Origin: Catajapyx aquilonaris
Taxonomy: Eukaryota
DNA: 64,000 bases
Assembly (NCBI GenBank): GCA_000934665.2
Contig: KZ538093.1
Span: forward strand, 62,001 to 126,000
Direction: 5' to 3'
Shown here: piece by piece, positions 38,807 to 51,348 of the stretch
Numbering within the stretch: position 1 is the stretch's first letter
Layout: the number at the start of each line of letters is the position of its first letter
Translations under genes and position numbers: made by a program
Notes under the pieces: generated by a model
What the model saw: only the letters and a program-made list of their open reading frames with translations
What the model was told of the DNA's origin: nothing
Database searches by the model: none

Positions 38807-40275
38807 TATAGGTTCAAACATACTCCAAATTGGGGAAATGACATTTCTTCATTACACCTAATGCATTTGCCACTCCTATGTACAGAATAATGCTTACACC
38901 CTAAGTGATGGAACCCCATATAGACCCAAGTTGCACACCATTACTTCCCATACACAGATGTTTCCAAAAGTCTACCCTTCATTTTGGACCTGGATTTATT
39001 GAGACATACTAAGGCAAAATTACACTAGTTGATGTTGGAAATTTCATCTCTATGAAGGAGATAATCACATGAGAAGTTGCACATAAATAAGGGTCATCCT
39101 GTGCATCACGCAACCCATGTAGCAAGCGAGGTGGCATGGTATGGTGGTGTCATGGTTATTGCCATAGGCGTATCCACCTTTGAGGTTCCGAGGTAGATCT
39201 CTGGGTAAGGCAGAGGATTTTCTCAAGTACAAATAGTTTCAATGGCTCCTCTCCATGTTCACATGGGTTTTCTCAATGTTCTCCCTTTTCTCTACAAATC
39301 GAAATCAATTACAGTGTTTGTAATAAACTTAGGTCGATTAAAAAATTATCCCATAACGGCCACAGGCCATTATCACCATTATTATGTAGCAAAAGAGGTT
39401 GTTGGTTGACAGGTTAGCATCCATCATGGCCATGTGTATCTTTAACATACCATTATCTCCATCGTGGAGTAATAGTCACCAAAATCAACTGATGTAATTT
39501 GAGGAGTATGATGGAAAACGGTGATAACCCACAACAGTGTAATTTTTCAGGAGAGCAAATTGAAGTTTGCATTCTCTTAACAAATCATAGGGAATGTAGG
39601 CTATGATCTGGTCTGTGTGGCCATCTCCTGCATGATATGTGAACTTGGAGTATACCAAACAGTTTGTCATGTCTTTTACATAGTTGCTACGTGTTTAGGT
39701 CAAAAATGACAAAAATGAGGGTTATAACCTTTTCCCATCACACCCGTTATTTTGCCTTAGGTTATCTCAAAGAATCCAGGTCAAGTTTGTACCTTTGGTA
39801 TCACCTCATATACAGGAAGTGATCAGTGGGAAAGAGGGCGTGGGGGGTAATGCCCACCAACGAACAAACTTCAAACATACCTCCACAGTTCTTTCTAATT
39901 TTTGTAGAATGTGATGCCATTTACCCTCAAATCAATGCCTTTGCATGGGAGGAGATACGGAATTTCTCATGACTTGGGTTCACATGGGGTTCGGCCACTA
40001 AAATTTTGGGTATAAGCTTATCAAAATTAATGTAATAGGTCTCACCAAGAAACTGAATTCCCCCATTTGTTTTAAAGAGCAGATCTGCATCAAGTGCAGT
40101 GTCATTTCAATTTGAGACCTTTTCATATGAACCCAGTGATAATAATAGCTTCTTAAATCAGTTTCTAAAATTCTTTGGGTACAGCCCATTAACCTCATAC
40201 AAATTGTCATTCCACCTACAAATATAAATGTTGAAATTAAATATCCACAACTTTGTTCCTTGAGCCACAACTCAC

Positions 40276-40513
40276 CAACAAGTGCCTGAACCAATTCCCC
40301 AGTTGATGCATCATATAAGTGAGCAGCACGATCCCACGATGCAGTGATGATCTGGTCCCCAGCTGGCAACCAGTCAGCAGCAATAACCACACCAGAATGT
40401 CCCATCAGTTCACAGAGAGGGGTGCGAAGAATGGCCAGCCCTGAAGGCGTTTCCTCATCAGGAACTTCCTCTTTTTCGGACAGTTCAATTTCATCTTCCG
40501 ATGAATGCGCTTT
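40276..40513 (-). CDS. WDR37: WDR37 exon 6 (KAHSSEDEIELSEKEE...GHSGVVIAADWL...TASWDRAAHLYD)
   Basis: Acidic linker plus WD40 repeat; follows a 55-nt intron; donor G|gtgagt. Confidence 0.97.
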
Positions 40514-40568
40514 CTGCAGATATAAATATTTAATTGATGATGATTCAATTAGGATGGCTTTGACTTAC

Positions 40569-40741
40569 TGCTTGTTCCACTGACACTGCTCCCTGCCAGA
40601 TGTGAGCTGTTTGATCTCCACTGGCAGTCAGAACCAACTCTCGATTGGGATGGAATCGGATGGAGTTAACAGATCCTGAATGACCCTGGTATTGCAAAAG
40701 TGATCGTCCGGACTCAATATCCCACAGAGTAGCAGTGTGAT
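40569..40741 (-). CDS. WDR37: WDR37 exon 5 ([12 protein letters not shown]...[13 protein letters not shown]...[11 protein letters not shown])
   Basis: WD40 repeats closely matching WDR37; canonical splice sites. Confidence 0.97.
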
Positions 40742-41162
40742 CTGCCGGCAAAACATTTCTGTAACACCTGGTATATAACGCTCAAGCCCTCTTGGTGGGC
40801 CCCAAACTAATCCATACAACACACCAATACAGGCCTTTACAGAAGTACTTGTGGAAAAATAATGTGCATATTCATAACTTAACTGCATGGAAGGGCAAAT
40901 ACTTGAAAAGTTCAATGTCTCTATCATTTTTTTGAATGTACTTTTTTACATTTCTATGCAATACGTCTTAGCTTCTCTTATGAAGTAGCTGACAATCTAA
41001 CTTGGGATGACATGCCCTCTCATGTAAGCCTATGGGATGAACTTGAGACTATACCTTTTAAGTTTTATAAGCAGTTACTTCTAAAAAAATCACTAACTGA
41101 AAGGGACAATTTAGTTGGATCACCCTGTATAATCCACAGGAGTGTCCTTAAATGTCATAGGC

Positions 41163-41661
41163 CAGGGCTATTCAACTAGTTTATGACAAGGTCCAGTATT
41201 TACCTTTCCTGGGCCATTGAAGGTCCAGAGCCCCGCGGGTAAAGATATTGATTTTATATGGTCCCACAGGGTTCATTTTCACAAATAGAAACATGTGCAG
41301 CAAGGGTAGAAGGGCCTATCAAGACAGGACATATTAAGACATTTTAGCCCTTTTATGATGTCCAGTACAGGCGTGTAGGCAGAAAAAATTGCAGAGGGGG
41401 GCCCATTTCATAAGCACAAGGTGAACAAGCCGTAAAGGGCAGGGAGGAATCCCGCCACAGGCGAAATTATTGTTTGGGTTGAAGGTCACACGAGCTTAGG
41501 TGAATGTGGGAGATTTGAATGGGTGTGTATTTGATGAAATTGGTAGCACTTTTTCCAAAAAAAATAATGAATTAGTAATTTCTAATGCTATTTCAAACTG
41601 TCCTGTATATCATCGCAGCCTGGACAAAATTGCGCCGCGGTCCGCCAATTGAATAGCCCTG
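41163..41661. mobile_element. hAT MITE
   Basis: CAGGGCTATTCAA ... TTGAATAGCCCTG; 8-bp TSD TCATAGGC / TCCTAGGC. Confidence 0.85.
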
Positions 41662-41712
41662 TCCTAGGCCAACTATGCAAGAACTTGTTAACAATTACTT
41701 AAAATTACTTGC

Positions 41713-41904
41713 CTGCAGAAGCAGTGCCAATGATTGGCTGCCCAAGCCGTGACACAGTGACTTCCCATACTCCATCCTTATGGCCGTCATATTCTCTCAC
41801 TGGAGCACAACTTACTGTGGGTGCTTTGAAGCTGGACACAATTCGGCTGGTCTGCGCCTTCAGTTTATGCGCTGTCTTCAGCTTCTGGGATCCCTGGCTG
41901 GATG
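41713..41904 (-). CDS. WDR37: WDR37 exon 4 (SSQGSQKLKTAHKLKAQTSRIVSSFK...GHKDGVWEV...GTASA)
   Basis: SQKLKT/IVSSFK motifs and first WD40 repeat; phase requires a GC donor G|gcaagt. Confidence 0.95.
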
Positions 41905-42289
41905 CTGAAAGACAGTGCACATAAAACATATAATATAAGGACGCCTCAGCTTGTATGAGCCAATAATGATGAACATGGTAGGCTAGTAAAGTAGAGGGTA
42001 ATCCCACAAGGGAACGTTTTGCTCAGATTAGAATGGGTGAGGTTGAAGGACTTATTTTTTCTAATTGTCAGAAGAAAAGGGAAATACAAATAACTGTAGT
42101 ACTCCAATTTTTAGTGGGTAACAGCTGTAGGAAGGCAGAAGCAAATGCAGGATGCTACAAGTGGAGCTTCATAAGTTATCTACCTGAATATGAAGGAATC
42201 CATCTAGAACTTTTTGGACGTAATCTAGTCTCCTCGTAACTCAATGAATCTCCTCTACAAGGAAGAGATCTCAGCAGAAAAAGGTCTAA

Positions 42290-42900
42290 ACTATCCCTTC
42301 CCAACTAGGTCTGCACAGCCTCTTGGAAATCAATGTGACCTGGCAATATCTATCCTCAAGGACTTTTCTTCCAGTGACAAAAGAAATATAAGTCAGTGGG
42401 GGCTAGGTCCAACTTGCAGAAGGGATTATTTAGTTCTTTGCAGATGTACTGGCAGATGAAAGTTTGAACTGCACAACACTTGTGCACTGGCACACTGTCA
42501 TGCAGAAACAACACTCCAGATGCTGCTTTTTCTGGGAGTCTCTCCTGGATCACTGGTCTGAGACTTTTCAGTGTGTCAGCATACACATTTTCCATGACTG
42601 TGGTGCAGTGAGACAAAACACCCTCCTCATCACAGAAAATAGCAGCATGACTTCCCCACTGGGGCCTGCAATGCAAAACTTCTTTTGGGGAGGTGAGCCC
42701 ACATGCTTCCACATCGATTCTTGCTTGGTCTCAGGATCATGATGAAGGGCCCATGTTTTGTCACCAGTCATAATCCTCAAGAGACTTGCTTCAGATTATT
42801 TTCTTGTCCCTCCAAACCCTCTCGGCTGCACTTAACACGATGCTGCCACTTCTCGACTTACTGGGTCAATTTTGTCTGCACTGATTATTACGTCTGATGC
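42290..42900 (-). pseudogene. Decayed mariner transposase in WDR37 intron 3
   Basis: Frameshifted pieces RIMTGDKTW..HDPETKQES, GVLFLHDSVPVH, DLAPTDLYFF match mariner TGDE-W, HDNA and SPDLAPSD motifs. Confidence 0.85.
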
Positions 42901-43588
42901 CGAATATATAATTTCAATGTCGTATCAACATTCCTTCATACTTCGCTAGATAACTTATGCAACTGACCTTGTACAAATATTTTGTCAACCTCTTGTGTGA
43001 ATCAATAAATTTCTCTACTCTCAAACTGCTGTAGCCAAGTGAAACATGAGGGTACAGATATCTATTTCTTCCATACACGTTCTCAACATTTCGTGCAAAT
43101 AACAGCCGGAATACAAGTCAGCCATACATACATAAGTACAGTGAAACCTGCCAATAGCAGACTGTAGTCAGAAACTTGTCCAGAGTAGAATTTTTATTCC
43201 GTGTTGAAGGCTGATCTTCAATGAATTTCTGTTGCATATAACAACTTGCCCATTACTAATACATTTTGTGGAGCAAACAAATTCTGCTATATACACTTCC
43301 ACTGTAGATGCGACTCTTTCATTCAATCCCCAATTCCCACATCTATACAGCCTGTCAGATAGCAGGGATGGGAAAGAAATTAACGGGCATGACACCTACT
43401 AAGAAATTGTAAACAAAATCTTTGCAAAGCCATTTGAAGGAACCCATAACAATCCCGCCAGACCAAGTTTTTCTTCACTCTGGATGCACCCCTGTAGTAC
43501 AAAGTCCACAGGAAAAAAAAGAACTTTCTAGCCATAGGAAACTGAAAAGCCTTCTACTTTCCACACATATAACATTTTGCATACTTAC

Positions 43589-43705
43589 ATTTGGCTTTTG
43601 AAAAGCCCTTGGCATTTTCAAAATCTGCCACATCTACACCAGGTTTGTCACTAACATTAGATTCCCTTTCCAGACGTTCACTGAGATTGTCAATCTTTTC
43701 TTGCA
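43589..43705 (-). CDS. WDR37: WDR37 exon 3 (LQEKIDNLSERLERES...GFSKAK)
   Basis: Acceptor aacag, donor T|gtaagt, symmetric phase 1; continues the coiled coil. Confidence 0.9.
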
Positions 43706-43809
43706 CTGTTGAAAAAGGTCACTTAAAATATCCTCCCTCCATAGTGGGTGTGCAAATACTCTATTGAGCAACAGTGTGAAAAGGCACAATTCAATAGCAG
43801 GCAACTTAC

Positions 43810-43880
43810 ATGTCATATTTTCCACATATAGAGCTTCAAATTCTTTCTCAATCTGTAGGAACAGTTCGTAGAGTTTAGAC
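43810..43880 (-). CDS. WDR37: WDR37 exon 2 (SKLYELFLQIEKEFEALYVENMT)
   Basis: Matches the N-terminal coiled-coil LF.QIE.EFE.LY.EN of WDR37; canonical AG/GT. Confidence 0.95.
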
Positions 43881-43951
43881 CTGAAAAGTCAAACAATCGC
43901 TTTTAAACTGACCAAAATTTCAACTGCGACAAGCAGCTACGCAGCACTCAC

Positions 43952-44121
43952 CTAGTGGCAGGAGGCAAGATCCCTTCACTTTCCATGTCACTTCGATAAT
44001 GCGACTGATATAAGAGCGGTGGGATGTCACTCTCCGTATGGCTCCTGCCTCGTGAAATGCTAATCCGTTTGGACTTCTGTGCCTTGTTCACCACTGGCGC
44101 ATCCTGGGGCATTTTGAACAT
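43952..44121 (-). CDS. WDR37: WDR37 coding exon 1 (MFKMPQDAPVVNKAQKSKR...GILPPATR); ATG could instead be 44112
   Basis: Acceptor tttcag (exon starts 44148), donor AG|gtgagt; in phase with following exons; LPP..R resembles the LPSSVR segment of WDR37. Confidence 0.85.
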
Positions 44122-44365
44122 GTCCTAAACCCGGTGTAACAATTACATCTGAAAAGATGTTAAGCCAGGTCAGTAATATCTCACCCATAACACCCTCCAA
44201 TGAAGCGGATAACAACTAGTTGCATAACAGCCACTATATCAATACCATCACAATATATTTTTCTTATTTCCTTCTATAATTCACTCCATGTAATTTCATC
44301 CGATTTTTTAAAAATTTACATAAATCCCCCCCAAAAAAACAGTATGCCTCTAGTTATCTACTTAC

Positions 44366-46620
44366 AAATCTGACCTGAAATTTTGTCACCAATTTCGAAA
44401 TCACAGGCCTGTAAAAGACGATGACCAGCAGTCGCCCTGTCCCGATTGCCAGCTGATGCACTACCAAATAATAAATTTACAATAGTTCCAAATCCCACCG
44501 CCAGATGGTAGCCGATCAATGGCCATCCTCCCACCCCCCTTCCACCCCACCTTCACTGCCTAAATTCCAGCCTATTCACAACAATGGCTGTGTATCAATG
44601 CGCCTTCAAATAGCAACGCGCGTTGATTCTTGCATAGCAACAGGAGCTGCTGAAATAACAGCAGAGGTGTTTGGTAATATCGCTCGAAAAGATGGATACG
44701 ATATTGCATTGAAACCACATGCAAAATGGTCTACATCTTTTAATCATGAATATGACCATTAGCTCTTGATATGACATATGACAGATATCTATATTGCCCT
44801 TTATATATGGTCACTTGTACGCTATTAGCTCTTGGTACGCACACTGTTGTGTAGTAGGCTACTCATCATGATTACAGCCAAAGGAACAGTTTCTTATTTT
44901 ACTCAACACACAGGTTGCCAACCCACCCATGTTTTTTCAATATGAAATGCATGCGTGGCACCTCAAATGGAAGGACGTACAGTACGTAATACTGAAGTTG
45001 AATTATTTCGTCGCTTGTGACATCATGCCACCCTTGATGAAACCACATTATACAGGGTGTCTCAACTTTTTTGTCCGAACAGTTATAGGAAAAGCCTGTG
45101 TATCTATTCTAGCTATGTAGCCAGAATGTGCCCCAACATTCCTGGCACATCCCTCAACTGATAAAGCCAGGGAAGCATCACTGGTTGCAAGTCGCTGCTA
45201 AAAAATAAGCAGCTTAGTGCAATATTTCCGATAATTGTTCGGACAAAAAAGTTGAGACACCCTGTATAAATGCTCAGTGATGTCTTAGGAAGGTTAGGAA
45301 ATGCTTGGACATTTATACAGTGTTGTTAAACTTGCACACAGGAACCGCAGGCCGAGAACAATTTGTATGCAGCATTTTATGCGATTTTATGTTTGTGTGG
45401 GGCCTGTAGTAAGAAAGTGGATGACTTCGGTTGAAGACAAGTTCTACCATTACCAATGTAATTAACACAAGAAAATTTGTTTCATGACAATGAGCAATAT
45501 ATTAGACTAAGTTATTACATGTTTTTAATAGAGCATTACTTTCCACCCACCATATTTGTCATCAGTAATTAAGGTTTTACACCTTTTAGCAGACATGGAG
45601 TAGCCTACTCATGAAGCAGATAGTGATGACTATACTTTTATTTCCTACTGTCATTTTCTTTACTTCTTGCGTACCGCACATATACTGTAGCCTGTAGGAC
45701 TGCTGTCGTAGGTTATTGCGTGTAGTGTCCCCACAAAATTCCCTCTACTACACACAAAAAACAAGTTTTTGTGGAAATTTGCATGGAAGGAGGGCAGGAT
45801 ATTGTCATGCCCTGCCACCACCCCCTACTGAATATTTTGAAAATATAATTTAAAACATTCCATAAACATCCTGAAAATATTCTTGTACCATTCTTTTATT
45901 AACATTTGAGCATGACACATCCCAAATGTAGTTCTTTCAAACTGAAATGTACATGATTGCAATAATAATATCAAATAAGTGTCCCTCATTAGCACACATC
46001 GGTCGTAGGTGTCAAAAGCTGAAAATGACAATAATTTTCGAGTCGCCGCGGGTTGTGTCATCTTACTACCTGTGCAATGTCTCTTGTGACGTCAGAGCTG
46101 AAGTTCAGTGGTGCTGCCATCTATAGCTACAGAGAATAAGCTACTTTTGAGTAACAACTATATTTTGTAACAGCTAATTCTTATTATAGCTATATTGCTC
46201 ATACACCAGCAGTTTGCATAAGCAGCTTATAACTGACTTGTTCATATCAGCGTGGGGCATGCTGAAATGCTGTAATTAGTTTTAGAAACAGGAAATAAAT
46301 GCCATCAGCAGCTCAATGTGTATAAAAACCTCTGCAAATAATGAAGCTAATTCAACTAAATTAGTGAACGTCGTCCAAATATTTAGTATAGCTGCTACAT
46401 ATCATTAAATAGCTAATAGCTATATGCGATTCTCTTGACAGGTAGGAATGAGCAGCTACGCTACTTATTTCTAATCACTACTAGTTGTAAATGGGATTCA
46501 TGCGCTGGTAGCCATTTTCTTCAATTTTCTAAAAGGACGTATATGAACAATAAGTGAAGAGTGATCATGGAGGCTCGAGGCTGACAACCCAATGATGGCG
46601 ATGAGTCTTAGAGTGAGCGG
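44366..46620. promoter_or_regulatory. Probable divergent promoter region for WDR37 (-) and INO80D-like (+), with non-coding first exons
   Basis: Minus-strand donor gtaagt at 44360-44365; CRE TGACGTCA at ~46088; YY1-like GCCATTTT at ~46511 followed by a plus-strand donor gtgagc at ~46613; inferred from gene orientation. Confidence 0.4.
45053..45264. mobile_element. Tc1/mariner MITE
   Basis: TA-CAGGGTGTCTCAACTTTTTTGTCCGAACA ... perfect inverse-TA. Confidence 0.92.
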
Positions 46621-47461
46621 ACTGGTGGAGTGATTTTTTTTAGAGAAGTGATAGAGCCGAGGTGGTGGAAGTGAGATACACTAGGCCTAAGGTGACTAGG
46701 CCTAGCTGGGAAATTGGAAGACAAGTGCAACAAGGTCTTGTGAGGAAGTGATGGTCTGAAAGTGGTTGTTGAACGTGTGATGGGAGAGGCCGGTGGTTAC
46801 CATGCCGAGGTGTGGAAACAGGGGTTGGAGGAGTGAAGAATTGACAAGATTGGTGGATCATGGGTTAGTATGTGTCAGTTGATTGTGTCTTGATTTGCCC
46901 ATTGGGAGGAATGCTGCTGTTGGGAGTGTTTGATGTGTTGTGGCAGTGTGCAGTGGTGCTTGACATGATGTGGTCAAGTTGAGGTACGACAGTAACATGG
47001 CACGGGCGAATAACGTAAATGGTTTCATGTCGTCAGCGGAGTAAAACGTTTTGACATTGTCATTGCAATATGTTCATGAGAGTTTATGGTGGGAGACAGT
47101 AGATATGCAGTGAGGACATTTCGTTTCCATAATGCAGGCTGTTCAGAAAAGGATTGTGGTTTTATTTGCTTCATATAGTTGGGTCAAACTTTGTATTTGG
47201 GTCAAACTTTGTATGCACCAGCCATATGGTAGTCATGTAATATTTGTAAAGTGTGTAAACAGGTCTAACTGGGAATAAGTTGGCACCCCCATTGTAGTAT
47301 AAGCAAAATGGGCATGGACATCTTGTTACATAGGTACTTGCCAATTGGATAGAAAAACCATGGTAAATATATGTCTGGGAAGCCTACGTTTTGAATGTGC
47401 CTAAGCGTAGATGATGCTGTCGGCAGATGAGAATAGCACAGGAGGCAGTCAAGAGACCATA

Positions 47462-47637
47462 AGGGGGTGTTTACATGTGAGCGAATTGACAAGCGAAGTC
47501 ATAGCCGAGTGACGTAACCAATATTCTTTGAGGTGAAAGTAACAATCGACTTTAGCCACAAACAATACTGGTTACTCAGCGTTGTTATCGACGGCCATGA
47601 CATTGTGCGATCAAATCACTTGCATGTAAACGCACCT
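47462..47637. mobile_element. PIF/Harbinger-like MITE
   Basis: TAAGGGGGTGTTTACATG ... CATGTAAACGCACCTTAA (TWA-type flanks). Confidence 0.6.
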
Positions 47638-47891
47638 TAAAATCACAGCCGACTTTTTATCGCAACCTTCTCTGCTTGCTTCATAGTGCAATACTTGTTG
47701 TGCAGTTATGTCTGACAACCACATTTTTAAGATTGCCGTTCAGCATGCCACAGCATAAATGCGTCTGTTACCTATAGACTGGCAAGGGCAGAAATACAAA
47801 TTCATTTCAAAGCATTTTGTGGGTTGCCAGAAATGATATGAACCACCCTGCCTTTTCAAATCCACAATAGTAGATGCAGGGAAACGTAGTA

Positions 47892-48565
47892 TAGGTTGAG
47901 AATCTTTCATCCGAAATGCTTGGAACTGGTAGTGTTTGGGACTAGGGATTTTATAGGATTTCGGAATACAGGAAGGTTACCTACCTGAAAATGACAGTAA
48001 GTTGGATTTGTACGTGTCATGGATCCCTGAGGAACCCCGCATATACACAGCATGAAAATGCTGCTACAACGAACCGCTTATGTCAGGTGTGTTTGTTTAC
48101 ATGCGCGGAAGAATGCAGTTCCCCAATTATTTATGAATTATACAGTATTTATGCTGAACTAGGTGTCTGTCAACGTATGTAGAAGTGATTGAAAGTGGAC
48201 CAGGATAATATATTATTAATTTTCCTTATGGGGAGCCTTGGGAGTCCGTTCGTAAGAGCAGATCGCCATAAGTCTGGTTGTTCATAAACCGGGGACTACC
48301 TGTATTTTTATATTTGCATACTAATAGATACAATGGGACAGCTTGGGATGGGATAAATGCCTGAACACTATCTTAATAGAGATTATACATCATAGACCCT
48401 AGGGGTAGTTTAAAAAAAATCAAATTTGAATAAATTTGTATACATATACAGTTAATGATGCAAGTCGTACTATATTTGCATGAAATTTTCCATTTGTGAC
48501 ACGTCATGCCATCACTCAAAGAAACTTTCAGATTTTGGAATTTCGGGTAAAGGATTCTCAACCTG
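47892..48565. mobile_element. Tigger/pogo-type MITE (MER46-like) with nested TA insertion at 47969-48302
   Basis: AGGTTGAGAATCTTTCATCCGAAAT ... ATTTCGGGTAAAGGATTCTCAACCTG-TA; inner piece ends GTTCATAAACCGGGGACTACCTG-TA. Confidence 0.78.
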
Positions 48566-48782
48566 TATAAACCTGAACAAAAGGTACATGCGTAATAACT
48601 GAAACTTCACAAAAACCTGTGACGTCATGATTTAGGCCAAATGTGATGGCCCTTTGGGGTATATTACAGATAGCCCGATTTGATATTGGCGGCCAAAACT
48701 TAACAAACTCCATGGAAGGAAAGATGGTATGAAGCCCTTTATTTGTGTTAGCTTCGTGATAGCCACACAATTGTCTAGTTTG

Positions 48783-49072
48783 ACCGAAGCAGGTTGGCAT
48801 AGTGGATAAGGCGTCCGACTGCTAATCGGGAGGTCCTGGGTTCGAATCCCGGGACCGGCAACTCTGACCGTGGTTTTCTGTGGTTTCCCACGGTCCTTCC
48901 AGGGAAATTCCAGAGTTGCTTCCGTAATTAATAGGCCACAGCCGCTTCCTTCCGTCCCTATCCTATCCCAATGAGCACAGTAAAATGAAAGCAAAGAGTT
49001 CCAGCCAAAACAAACTTTCCCCCTAAAGAGCCGATGGCTGATAACGGGGTATGAATTATTATTATTATTATT
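48783..49072 (+). mobile_element. Full-length tRNA-derived SINE, family A
   Basis: A-box TGGCATAGTGG, GACTGCTAATC anticodon-like arm, B-box GGTTCGAATCC, (ATT)n tail; 14-bp TSD AATTGTCTAGTTTG at 48769 and 49073. Confidence 0.93.
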
Positions 49073-51053
49073 AATTGTCTAGTTTGGCTGGTAGGTCTAT
49101 CTGCAATGTCCGACTGGCCATGTGCCTGGGGTGAAGAGTCCCTCTGACCCTCCACTGCCGTGAGGCCCACCAGCCTGTTGGTGTACTGCAGAAAACCACA
49201 GAACTAGGTAGGAAAGTGCAGATGTTTTTCCGACAAACTAGGTATGGCCCCTGAACACAGTATGCTGTACTGGCCTCGAAGCAAAGTTAACATTGCAACA
49301 TTAAGAGAGAGAGTACAATTTAAGGAACTGACATGGCAGGCGATGGTAGGAGTAATTGGGATCCAATTATAGTTGCAGAATTAGCCTTGAAGCTGAAGGA
49401 CTTAGATGGGAATGGGTCAGCATAAATTCCACTTCAACTGAGTCAATTTTGGTGAACTTTTCACTTAGAATTGCTAGGCAATTTCTTGAAAAAATTACAT
49501 GAAACTCTACGCCCGAGATGATGTCAAATCTGGCATCAATGTGCACCAGAACTATGGCAGCGACTCTTTGATGTGCTTATCTTGTGGCTGTGTCTGCGAT
49601 AATATTGTGGCCATAGTGCATTTAATTAATGGGGAAGGAAGAAAAAAGCATGTAATACTCTTGAATGTGGGTAGGTGTCACTAGTACTTATAAATAAAAG
49701 AAAGGAATAACGAATCAACTCCTTCTATAAGTTGCAACTCCATCACATAATATACAGTACTACAGGAGAAAAAATACCATAACAGCCTTGGTGCAGTAGT
49801 GCTACCTCCACATGTGTAATGAACCTGTGCATGTTTTAAATCTTTGAAATTCTTCCTCCTAATGAGCAATAATCTGGAACAAGATATGCCATAATTTTGA
49901 ATTAGCAAATTTTGACTGTGAGATTCCGTGTAGTGTTAAGTCCCCTTAACCCAGATATGCCTGAAAGATTTTTTGTTTAAATTTTGTTTTTTGTTTTTTT
50001 AATTAGTTCATGATAGTCCCCATAACACAACAAAAATGATAAAAAAAATTATGGAATGCTAGATTGTAAGAAAAGTGCCGTCCCCTACGGGGGACACTCG
50101 GCAAATGTAACATCTAGTATGGCTATACTGTATATATACAAGGAAAACGTAAGATATAGGCTGCTGTATTGAAATAAAGATGAAAGTGTTTTTTTTAATT
50201 CATTGAAAAATATAAAGAAGGAATGTTATAGCTAAGACCCAATGTCCTATACGTATATAGGACATCTAAATTTGCAATAAGTGATTGCAACAAAAATATG
50301 AAATTCTGAAAAATGACTTCTACACCTCCACTACAGAAGGTTCTTTCAAAGTATTACTAAATAATTGCACAAATGGCTTCTCGGGTCTCAGGAAGGTATA
50401 GCGGAAACTTGCTCATTGCGGAATTTTAGAGTCACTTGCTAGTCAGATATGTACAGGTTTCGCTGTATATAAATATACAGTGAACGCTGTCCACAACGGA
50501 CCCTGTGTATCATGGAAACTTGGCTATTGCGGAATTTTTCTGGTAACTGGCGTATGAAAATTACACAATTTCTGTTATATTCGACGCGGAAATCGTGAAC
50601 TCTCCATGCGCCCGTTACCAAAAATTTCGCAATAGGCAAGTTTTCGTTACGTGCAGGGTCCGTTATGGACAGGATTCACTCTAGATAAATATGTAGTGAA
50701 ACCTGTCCATAACGTACCCTGAGTGTTACAAAAACTTGCCCATTGCGAAATTTTTCCGGGAACGGGCGTATGTATAGGACATAAATACCGTGTCGAATAT
50801 AGCGGAAACGGCTGATATACCGTACTATGTATATCCGACATCGTTAAATGGTTCGCGCGCGATCCGCAACAACAGCGGCACTTTTTTTCCTCCCCCACTT
50901 TCTGCCCACAATGCTTTGTGCCGTTGCAGCGTTCACTTCCACTGGTCTTTCCCGTTTGGTGCTGATGACTGGGAAAATCGTAATTTTCAGCGGGAACTTG
51001 TCAATTACGATTTTTCTAGGGCACCGTGCAATTCTGCTATACACAGGTTTCAC

Positions 51054-51348
51054 CAGTGGCGGATCTAGACGTCGTTGGTGTGTGTGGGGCGGGGGGTGGG
51101 GGGTGGGGTGATTTGTCGCCGCGCTCCCCCCCCCCCCCCCCCCCCCCANNNNNNNNNNNNNNNNNNNNNNNNNNNNNNNNNNNNNNNNNNNNNNNNNNNN
51201 NNNNNNNNNNNNNNNNNNNNNNNNNNNNNNNNNNNNNNNNNNNNNNNNNNNNNNNNNNNNNNNNNNNNNNNNNNNNNNNNNNNNNNNNNNNNNNNNNNNN
51301 GGGGGGGTGATCACCCCGATCACCCCCTCCCCCATAGATCCGCCACTG
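51054..51348. mobile_element. hAT MITE spanning the assembly gap
   Basis: CAGTGGCGGATCTA ... TAGATCCGCCACTG with perfect 8-bp TSD GGTTTCAC. Confidence 0.9.
51149..51300. other. Assembly gap (152 N) between poly-C and poly-G runs
   Basis: N run. Confidence 1.

Noticed and set aside
39125..39310. Degenerate SINE-like fragment (similar ones near 8560 and 56790)
   Set aside because: A/B boxes too decayed and no TSD, so boundaries cannot be supported
48783..48860. Functional tRNA-Ser(GCT) gene
   Set aside because: No long variable arm or paired acceptor stem; continues into a SINE body, tail and TSD
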